A stretch of 32,000 bases of DNA, from positions 540,001 through 572,000 of the forward strand of contig CP025011.1 in NCBI GenBank assembly GCA_002952755.1, read 5' to 3'. This document shows positions 17,381-24,356 of the stretch, piece after piece. The position numbers and the translations under genes are program-made. This DNA comes from Candidatus Saccharimonadota bacterium (lineage in GTDB: Bacteria > Patescibacteriota > Saccharimonadia > Saccharimonadales > UBA4665). The notes below the pieces were generated by a model that did not search any database, was not told the DNA's origin, and was given only the letters and a program-made list of their open reading frames with translations. Each line of letters starts with the position of its first letter. The first letter of the stretch is position 1.

Positions 17381-17868
17381 AGCATCTCCTTATTTTTATA
17401 TTCCTGTGATTTTTTGTGATACGCCGCCCACTCTTCGTACAGTTGCGGCAGTCTTTCTACCATAAATTCGTTCAGTGAGGCAACGGCTTCAAGCGATTGA
17501 CGCCGCTCTGACGGCTCATTTCCAAGTAGCTCTAGCCCCTCCCGTGCTAGATTTGCCATGTGCTGGTACTCAGTGGGGTCAAAGCCCATACTTTCCTTGC
17601 TGAGCGGACTAAGATGAATGAGGTCTGCCCGGGTACCGGCTGGTCGTGAGCGTGTAATAAGCCGTTGCGCCTCCAATGTTTTGACGGCGCTGTTAATAGC
17701 GCTGCGACTCGTAAGAAGGGTTTTAGCGATATCGTTTATCGATTGTTCTGCCGGCTGGCACACGTATAGATAGCCAATTAGCCGGCCTGCTACCGGCGAA
17801 AGCCCATAGCGCTCAGCATAAAATCGCCCCGTATGGTCGGCCATGATGAGTACTTTATCTCGGTCCAT
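17377..17868 (-). CDS. GbsR/MarR-type winged-helix transcriptional regulator
   Basis: ORF 17377..17901 trimmed to ATG 17868 (MDRDKVLIMADHTGRFYAERYGLSPVAGRLIGYLYVCQPAEQSINDIAKTLLTSRSAINSAVKTLEAQRLITR). This matches the GbsR-like pattern: G-x-P-x-x-x-GR-I, HTH, then wing. ATG 17844 is an alternative start. Confidence 0.7.
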   Translation of the reverse strand: MDRDKVLIMADHTGRFYAERYGLSPVAGRLIGYLYVCQPAEQSINDIAKTLLTSRSAINSAVKTLEAQRLITRSRPAGTRADLIHLSPLSKESMGFDPTEYQHMANLAREGLELLGNEPSERRQSLEAVASLNEFMVERLPQLYEEWAAYHKKSQEYKNKEML

Positions 17869-17889
17869 ACGACAAGTATACACAAAATT

Positions 17890-17937
17890 CCGAAATGACA
17901 CAAATCTGAGTCATTTCAGTAGAAACATCCATTTCGG
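17890..17937. promoter_or_regulatory. Cluster of GAAATG/CATTTC half-sites upstream of the regulator-DUF1048-ABC operon
   Basis: GAAATGAC (17892-17899) and GTCATTTC (17910-17917) form a perfect 8-bp inverted repeat with a 10-nt spacer. CCGAAATG (17890-17897) also pairs with CATTTCGG (17930-17937). The cluster lies 22-70 nt upstream of ATG 17868. Confidence 0.35.
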
Positions 17938-18118
17938 TTCCTCCGAAGAGGCGCTCCAAAGAACAGCAGCACCCCGTTAGCAGCGGAAGATGGTCGCCTT
18001 TAATCCCATAGCGTTTTGTGTTTTAGTATGCATGAAATAGACAATGGGGGTACGGACACATCTGCAGAGGGGCGTGATGCGAAGTATTATCGTGGCATCG
18101 TGCTATCACTCCGTTGCT

Positions 18119-18146
18119 TTGTCTGCTATACCAGCTGAGATATACT
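18119..18146 (+). promoter_or_regulatory. Putative sigma70-type promoter for the nitroreductase/ligase operon
   Basis: TTGTCT (18119-18124), a 16-nt spacer, then TATACT (18141-18146). ATG 18163 lies 17 nt downstream. Confidence 0.3.
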
Positions 18147-18162
18147 ACTAAAAAGAGCAAAC

Positions 18163-19164
18163 ATGCAAGAATTTCTAGAGCTTATAAACCGCTATCCTTC
18201 CCCACATAACGGGCAACCCATTCGATTGAAACAGACCAGCAACGAGGCATTTGAGCTCTATTTTGATAAAAGCAGGGGTTTGCAGGCTGCCGATATCTCT
18301 TTCATCTTCAGTTTTGTTTCCATGGGTGTATTTGTGGAGCATATGAGACTGTGTGCGCAGGCACTCGGACATGGCTTTATCTATACTTCACTGTTGCCTT
18401 CCGAGAAGGAATTGCACGGCAATGGCACCATACTATTCGCGCGCTGTAGGGTTGATTGGAATGGCGCAAAGAAAGATATGCGGCTCCAGCAAACATTGCG
18501 TTTCCGTCAGACATCCCGAAAGAAGTACTACGAGGGACCGAGCGTTGAGCTCGTAGACTGTATTCAGCGCATTGCCTCGGACAATCGTATGAGACTCTCT
18601 GAGCTGGATGCTGCCCAGGCCGTGCAGGCTATATGGCTGAATCAGCGTGCGGTATTTGATGATTTGCGCGACGAACCATTGCGGCGCGAGCTCGATCATT
18701 GGCTGCGATACACGCAAGCAGAGAAGCAACATAAGAAAGACGGCCTAGCCTATGATTGCATGGAACTCAATGGCCGATTCATGAAGTACACCGTCGACCA
18801 TCCGGGCATACTACGAGCTCCTGGCATTTCTCAGTTCCTCAAGCAGTACTATTTGCGCACGATGAAAGATGCGAGCAGTGTTTTTTATATGATGGCGCCA
18901 TTCGGCTCGGAGCAAAACGCATTTGACGTGGGTATGGTTATTATGAAGATCTGGAAAGAGGTGGCAGAGGCTGGCGATTACCTTCATCCGTTTGGTACTA
19001 TCATGAGTAACCACGCTGCTCATGGCGATTTTCTCCGGCTTATCGGCGAAGATCATGAGTCTCGCGAGCGTTCGTATTTAGTCTTCATCTTCCGTTGCGG
19101 AAAATCGAAGCCACCAATCCCCAGCCTGCGATTGCCCTATACAGAACACCTAATAATGGAGTGA
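18163..19164 (+). CDS. Acg-like double-domain nitroreductase-fold protein
   Basis: 333 aa. N-terminal RYPSPHNGQPIRL resembles the R-A-P-S-x-H-N-x-Q-P-W motif of Acg/Rv2032-type proteins. A second LRFRQTSRKKY segment resembles the R-R-T-D-R motif at about residue 110. The size matches the family, about 330 aa. Confidence 0.65.
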   Translation: MQEFLELINRYPSPHNGQPIRLKQTSNEAFELYFDKSRGLQAADISFIFSFVSMGVFVEHMRLCAQALGHGFIYTSLLPSEKELHGNGTILFARCRVDWNGAKKDMRLQQTLRFRQTSRKKYYEGPSVELVDCIQRIASDNRMRLSELDAAQAVQAIWLNQRAVFDDLRDEPLRRELDHWLRYTQAEKQHKKDGLAYDCMELNGRFMKYTVDHPGILRAPGISQFLKQYYLRTMKDASSVFYMMAPFGSEQNAFDVGMVIMKIWKEVAEAGDYLHPFGTIMSNHAAHGDFLRLIGEDHESRERSYLVFIFRCGKSKPPIPSLRLPYTEHLIME

Positions 19165-19167
19165 GTT

Positions 19168-20703
19168 ATGTTCGAAGGTCTATATATTGGCTTTGTCGCC
19201 CTATTAGATAAAATAATCTGGACGATTGACGTTGGTCCGTCGGTGCACAAGATCTTTTTGTCGCCCAATATCGGCACCTTTCGTGAAGGTCTGGGGCGAG
19301 TGCGGGCGGTACGCCTGTACCGGCATGCTGTCAGGCGGGTGCCGGCGTATGGCGACTATATATCGAAGCATTCTAGCCATGGGCCCAAAATCAGTATGTT
19401 TAAGGCCTCACTACGGGACGTGCCCGAGATGGATAAGGCCAACTATATTAGGCAGTACTCACTGACGGATAAGATATGGGATGGGGCGCTACCCATGGGT
19501 GGTGTCATGTTTGATGAATCGTCAGGAAGCAGTGGTACCCCTACCAGCTGGGTCCGCGGCACGAAGGAGCGGCGCTTCACGCAGCGGATCATGCAAGTGG
19601 CCTTTCGCCACTATATCGAAGACAGGCATCCGATTGTCATTAATACTTTTTCTATGGGTGCATGGGCCACGGGGCTTAATACCACGATCAGTTTACTGGG
19701 CGTTAGCCGCGTAAAGTCTACGGGGCCAGACATCACAAAGGTGATCGATACGCTCAAAGAACTAGGAAGCCAGTTTGAATATGTGATCACCGGTTACCCA
19801 CCATTTTTAAAGCAGGTTGCCGATAGTACCGAACTTGATTGGAAAAAGTACCGTATCGCTGCCATCTATGGGGGCGAGGGCATTAGTGAGTCAATGCGGG
19901 CTTCCCTTTTGGAGCGCTATGCTGACGTGGTTGGCTCTTACGGGGCGTCGGACCTCGAGATTAACATTGCACATGAGTCCAGGTTTACGATCGCGCTTAG
20001 GCAAGCTTTAATTGAGGACGAAGCGCTGCGCCAGGCGCTGTTGCAGCAAAATCGGGGCATCGTGCCGATGATATTTCAATATAATCCGTATGATTACTTA
20101 TTTGAGACAAACGAAAAAGGCGAGCTGCTGGTAACGATCTGCCGCTTGGAAAACCTCAGCCCACGCATTAGGTATAACATCCACGACCTCGGGCATGTGG
20201 AGCAATTCTATATCTTAAAGAAGAAGCTAAAGGAGCTTGGTAGAACTGATTTGCTGAAACTTGCCGAGCTCGATTTTGCAGTGCTTTTCCATTATGGTCG
20301 GAGCGATTTGTCGGTGGACTATAATGGAGCAGTCGTGGGGCCTGAAGAGGTTAAGCAGATCATCAACGCCCACAAGAAGTTTGCCGAAAAGATCGAGGGT
20401 TTTCGCCTAATAAGTTACGAAGACAAACAATCGCATAAGCACCTGCTCATAGCCATTGAGTTGGCTAAAGATCAAACCATACAGACGGTAGATGCAGACG
20501 CGCTGCTTGGCCATATTACTGAGCAGCTGCAAGTTATGAATCTGGATTTTAAATCCGCTCACCACACAGCGCCATTAAAGCCGGAGATGCGAATATACGC
20601 ACATGGCGAAGGCATATTCGACCCTGCTCATCAAAAGCTTAAGAACGACTACGTGTGGAATATCGACTATGCGCGCGCTCAAAAAGAGGGCCTGGTGCAG
20701 TAG
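19168..20703 (+). CDS. Adenylate-forming enzyme, phenylacetate-CoA ligase / CapK / coenzyme F390 synthetase-like
   Basis: 511 aa. ESSGSSGTPTSW is a variant of the SSG(T/S)(T/S)G-x-P AMP-binding loop of the PaaK/CapK family, with YGGEGISE and YGASD downstream. GGAG SD lies 7 nt upstream, and the ATG is 4 nt after the nitroreductase stop. Confidence 0.75.
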   Translation: MFEGLYIGFVALLDKIIWTIDVGPSVHKIFLSPNIGTFREGLGRVRAVRLYRHAVRRVPAYGDYISKHSSHGPKISMFKASLRDVPEMDKANYIRQYSLTDKIWDGALPMGGVMFDESSGSSGTPTSWVRGTKERRFTQRIMQVAFRHYIEDRHPIVINTFSMGAWATGLNTTISLLGVSRVKSTGPDITKVIDTLKELGSQFEYVITGYPPFLKQVADSTELDWKKYRIAAIYGGEGISESMRASLLERYADVVGSYGASDLEINIAHESRFTIALRQALIEDEALRQALLQQNRGIVPMIFQYNPYDYLFETNEKGELLVTICRLENLSPRIRYNIHDLGHVEQFYILKKKLKELGRTDLLKLAELDFAVLFHYGRSDLSVDYNGAVVGPEEVKQIINAHKKFAEKIEGFRLISYEDKQSHKHLLIAIELAKDQTIQTVDADALLGHITEQLQVMNLDFKSAHHTAPLKPEMRIYAHGEGIFDPAHQKLKNDYVWNIDYARAQKEGLVQ

Positions 20704-20808
20704 GGGTGACCTCGACGGGCGGCTACGACACTTCTAAGGCTTGGCACCATCGCAGGTTTATGCAAAGACATGGTGGCTTTACAGCACGCTGCCCTGTTAG
20801 GCCGGCAC

Positions 20809-21384
20809 TTATTGGCCTGTAAGCTTTAAAAATCGCCCAGCGGCTTCCGGGTCCAATGAGGTTTTTAGGGTGAGGTTAGAATTTTCGACTCTTAGCTTTT
20901 GCAGCTCGGCATCGTTCTGAGGTGATTTAGACAAGATAAGCCGCTGTAGCAATATTGTTAGTGGCTCGCCTACAGCTTTCTTAAAGTTAAAACCAACCAA
21001 TTGCATGACGGTAATTGTTTCTTTTGACAGGACAGCTTTTATAATAGCCACGTAACTTTGTAACTTTTCGCGCTCCGCCCCTTCGCTATTATTCTCAATA
21101 AGTTTTTCGAGTAACGGCACGATGGTGTGTGTGATGTATTCAATGTCCTCTTCGGAGATTTGTTGAGAGACGAGCTCGTGCTCATAGGCCTTTGCGATTC
21201 GGATCCCTTCGTTCTTATCGGCCAATAATACGTTTATAGTTTCTTCAAGGTATCGGATCGTTTTTTCGTGTTCTTTGCTTTGCTTATAAGATTCTAATTT
21301 CGTATTAATGGATGCAGCTGTGTTTCTTGCCAGTAGTTCTGCAAGCCGCATGGCAAGCTCCGAGGTCTGTCTTTCCGTGTCCAT
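20809..21384 (-). CDS. Hypothetical all-helical protein (191 aa), partner of upstream nuclease-like gene
   Basis: Composition is rich in E/K/L/A and reads as predicted helices or coiled coil. No catalytic motif or TM segment. The gene lies 71 nt downstream of the nuclease-like gene on the same strand. Spot GC counts are low (22/60 and 26/60). Confidence 0.55.
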   Translation of the reverse strand: MDTERQTSELAMRLAELLARNTAASINTKLESYKQSKEHEKTIRYLEETINVLLADKNEGIRIAKAYEHELVSQQISEEDIEYITHTIVPLLEKLIENNSEGAEREKLQSYVAIIKAVLSKETITVMQLVGFNFKKAVGEPLTILLQRLILSKSPQNDAELQKLRVENSNLTLKTSLDPEAAGRFLKLTGQ

Positions 21385-21455
21385 TTACACTAGATCTCCT
21401 TATCCTATGTTTCTATGTGCAATATACGCCCGCTCAGGCAATGCTTACCAGTGAG

Positions 21456-22358
21456 TCAAGCCGATGAATGCAAAGGGAGTGGCCAGCCAACCACAATAAC
21501 ATGCACGGTAAGGCCGTTACTGTCGCCCGAAAGATCACTTTCGAAGCCAGCGCTGTTGGTAAAAGTCGAAGCTAGATCGTACACCACAGCGATAAGTGTC
21601 TTGACGCTCGGATGTTCTTCATAGTCGTGTATATCAACGAGCAATTCTTTCTTAATGTCTTTTTCGTGGCGACCGGGCTTCGTTACCTTGACCTCTACTG
21701 CAATCTCTTCTCTTTTGAGTAAAAAATCCATGGTGCTTGATGATCCTGCGCTGCTGGGACTTCGTTCTTCCGCTCTTACATCTGGGTAAAAGGAATTTAG
21801 CATAGCATGGACGGCGTCTTGTACATCATATTCGTCGGTGATAGAGAAGGGTACACGACCTTTCCGAGTCCTGACGACCAGTGGCCGCATGGCGTTCGGA
21901 AGGCGGCGGAGTGAGCTTATGAGTAGTGCAGTACTAGGTATGGAATGTTCGAGTGTATCTACGACGAGTGTAGGAGGTTTCGCTATCGGTGCGTTTGGTG
22001 CGGGCTTGCCGCTCTTGCTGGAGCTGCTGCGCCAGTTGACGAACCCTTCTGGTGTCAGCGAGTGGCCATGCCTTGAAAGGGCGATTGCAAGTACTTTTCT
22101 CTTCGGGTCCTTAGGGTCATCAAAATAGCCTTGCGAGCGCAAAACGTTGAGCAGTTCTTCTATAAGGGGCTGTATGACATCATCGCTGGCGTCTAAAATA
22201 GCCTGACTTATTCGAGCGCTCTTGCTTGCTGGCCGTGGTTCGTCTTCCATATAGCCGGCAAGGATAAAGGCAGTATCGATTGAAGAATGGGAGGGTCCCA
22301 TGCCATTAAACCAATAAGCGTTGAACGCGCTGGCGACTTCTCTCCGGGGAAAATCCAT
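21456..22358 (-). CDS. Two-domain protein: N-terminal helical domain + C-terminal PD-(D/E)XK nuclease-like domain
   Basis: 300 aa. The C-terminal segment reads ITDEYDVQDAVHAMLNSFYPDVRAEERSPSSAGSSSTMDFLLKREEIAVEVKVTK...LLVDIHDYEEHPSVKTLIAVVYD. It contains an acidic helix, then D (MDF), then 10 residues, then E-V-K, which is canonical PD-(D/E)XK spacing. The N-terminal domain of about 110 aa (NAYWFNGMGPSHSSIDTAFILAGY...) is joined to it by a Ser/Pro/Lys-rich linker. Confidence 0.6.
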   Translation of the reverse strand: MDFPRREVASAFNAYWFNGMGPSHSSIDTAFILAGYMEDEPRPASKSARISQAILDASDDVIQPLIEELLNVLRSQGYFDDPKDPKRKVLAIALSRHGHSLTPEGFVNWRSSSSKSGKPAPNAPIAKPPTLVVDTLEHSIPSTALLISSLRRLPNAMRPLVVRTRKGRVPFSITDEYDVQDAVHAMLNSFYPDVRAEERSPSSAGSSSTMDFLLKREEIAVEVKVTKPGRHEKDIKKELLVDIHDYEEHPSVKTLIAVVYDLASTFTNSAGFESDLSGDSNGLTVHVIVVGWPLPLHSSA

Positions 22359-22413
22359 ATGATCAGTATAACTGATGTAACTTATTACGGAAGAGAGCCG
22401 TCAAGACGGAGCC

Positions 22414-23319
22414 CTACTGCGTTGGGCCAAAGTTGATCGCATCAAGATTAGCACCAGCCACTCGGTCGCCTTCAGCCAGGTCAACCATAAAACCGGTGTG
22501 GTCTAGGGTTCGGCTATACTTTATTCTGTAATCTTTACTGATCACTAGGATGTCGCCAGTCGCGCCAGGATTGCTATACGCCAAATGTCTGCCGGGAGCG
22601 ATGCCTCGGGTATCGGTTGCACTGACATTAAAGCTGCCATTGTATAGCTTGGCCAAAATAGGCGGATCTGTTGATGCTACTAAGACGGGCGTAAACGTAG
22701 CTGTTTTCAGCCTGTCGCCGGATAGCTGCAATTTGTCGCCAGCGGCTAGGAGTGTCCATGCGGTGTTTGTGCCATATGGGTCGGCAGCAATGTTATCTAA
22801 TATCACGCTAAAATTTCCTGCCGAGCTCGTTATATCAAAATTTCCGCTTTGCTGCGGCCCGGGTGAGACGGCATACAAACCTGGGACGACATCTTTGCCA
22901 GTGCCTACAGTAAAAGTACCTGGACCAAGCGTTGCAGCGACGCCACTCGTAATTTGCGGGCCAGGGGCGGGCTTGGCCGACTTTGATTTACTTGTTGGGG
23001 TATTCGACGTTACAGGGGCGGAGTGATTTTTATAATGCCAAAACCAAGCTCCGGCACTCCCAACTGACACAACTGCAATGATAATCCCGACCAGTAGAAC
23101 AGACCTATGCTTTTTGGGGGCAGGCCCCGACCGGTCAACATATCCTTGATACCCTTGAAGATTAGACAGCGAGGCTGTTGGATGGAGTTGATCAAAAGGC
23201 TGTTCTGCTATAAATGGTTGCGTACCCGGTGCCACTTGGTCATCTATCGTGGGCACAGGCGAATCCTGCCTTAATTGCCCAGTATGCTGCCAGTTCTGCT
23301 CAGGCTGTTCGGGAGTCAT
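22414..23319 (-). CDS. Single-pass membrane protein with Pro/Gln-rich cytoplasmic head and duplicated extracytoplasmic beta-domain
   Basis: 301 aa. The N-terminal 80 aa are rich in P/Q. TM segment: SVLLVGIIIAVVSVGSAGAWFW. A Ser/Thr/Lys/Pro linker is followed by two related segments, GTFTVGTGKDVVPGLYAV...AAGDKLQLSG and GSFNVSATDTRGIAPGRHLA...AEGDRVAGAN. Confidence 0.65.
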   Translation of the reverse strand: MTPEQPEQNWQHTGQLRQDSPVPTIDDQVAPGTQPFIAEQPFDQLHPTASLSNLQGYQGYVDRSGPAPKKHRSVLLVGIIIAVVSVGSAGAWFWHYKNHSAPVTSNTPTSKSKSAKPAPGPQITSGVAATLGPGTFTVGTGKDVVPGLYAVSPGPQQSGNFDITSSAGNFSVILDNIAADPYGTNTAWTLLAAGDKLQLSGDRLKTATFTPVLVASTDPPILAKLYNGSFNVSATDTRGIAPGRHLAYSNPGATGDILVISKDYRIKYSRTLDHTGFMVDLAEGDRVAGANLDAINFGPTQ

Positions 23320-23436
23320 CTGCTGCTTCCTTATGTCGTTTCATGCTTATGCTGATATGGTATCACGATCAAGGCGCTGTTTAGTCGCCGGTATTATTAT
23401 CTGACTCCTTGATGTTGAGGCTAATCTTACGTAAGT

Positions 23437-24237
23437 CTATACCACAGCTTTCGGTTGTTTGCCTGCGGATTCAAGCACCTCTCTCGACGCTTCTCCGCAA
23501 TTAAAGATAAGATCAAAAATACTAAGCCTAGGCATAAAAGGTTCATTCGGCTCGAATTGATACTGTCGATAGACCGGATGATGGAAAGGATAGGGGCTCA
23601 GCGCAATACCTGCATCGACGATCTTTTCTCCCTCCGTCATATTACTTCCGTCAAACTTCTTATTCAGGTAAGAGTCTTCCCGTATGGGGCCGCCTCCGGG
23701 AAGATAAATGACTTCATCATATTCATCTGTAGCGACGGCTCTCTTGATGCAGTCAACGAGAAAATCACCTTTCTTATAGCCGTTATTCATCCAGCCATTC
23801 TGACTATCTCGGACGTAGGGCGTATCGATATTGAGAATGGATTTTGCATAGAGCGTAAGCGCATCGCATAGATCATTAAGGTATAGCCATTCTTGAGAAT
23901 AGATTTCCTGTAATGGCTCGGCGTAAGCCTTGAAGAAAGGCGTTTTTTGATACACGTCCTTTATATATCTCCAATGATCCCATAAAGCTCGTGTATTCGT
24001 GATCTTCTTTGCCATAATAGGCTCCGGTCCATTATTCACCGAAACCGAGAGCCATTTGTCCCTGCCCGCATAGTGGAATTTTTGCCGATTTTGCCACTCG
24101 CGCTTTACGTACTGCGCGGTATCCATAGAAACAAACACGTCGCTCAGCAGCATCTTATAAAAATAGCCAGAATATCGGTGGTACCCGGGTTGATGTACGG
24201 CGACAGCAATAGATCTTTTGGCGGTTCTTGTGGACAT
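23437..24237 (-). CDS. WbqC-like family protein
   Basis: 266 aa. The N terminus IAVAVHQPGYHRYSGYFYKMLLSDVFVSMDTAQYVKREWQNRQKF matches the WbqC-like pattern (Q-P-x-Y-x-P-x-x-G-Y-F...D-x-F-V-x-x-D-x-x-Q-(F/Y)-x-K-x-x-W-x-N-R). The biochemical function of this family is unknown, and members are usually found in glycan loci. Confidence 0.75.
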   Translation of the reverse strand: MSTRTAKRSIAVAVHQPGYHRYSGYFYKMLLSDVFVSMDTAQYVKREWQNRQKFHYAGRDKWLSVSVNNGPEPIMAKKITNTRALWDHWRYIKDVYQKTPFFKAYAEPLQEIYSQEWLYLNDLCDALTLYAKSILNIDTPYVRDSQNGWMNNGYKKGDFLVDCIKRAVATDEYDEVIYLPGGGPIREDSYLNKKFDGSNMTEGEKIVDAGIALSPYPFHHPVYRQYQFEPNEPFMPRLSIFDLIFNCGEASREVLESAGKQPKAVV

Positions 24238-24356
24238 CAGAAAAATCTCCTGATAATTTTATAGGTCAGGGAACCCGACCTTGGTAACGATAATAGCATG
24301 CTTACGCACAGCTGATATACTTTACAGAAAATGCATAGGGGGTGCTTGAAGCAGAG

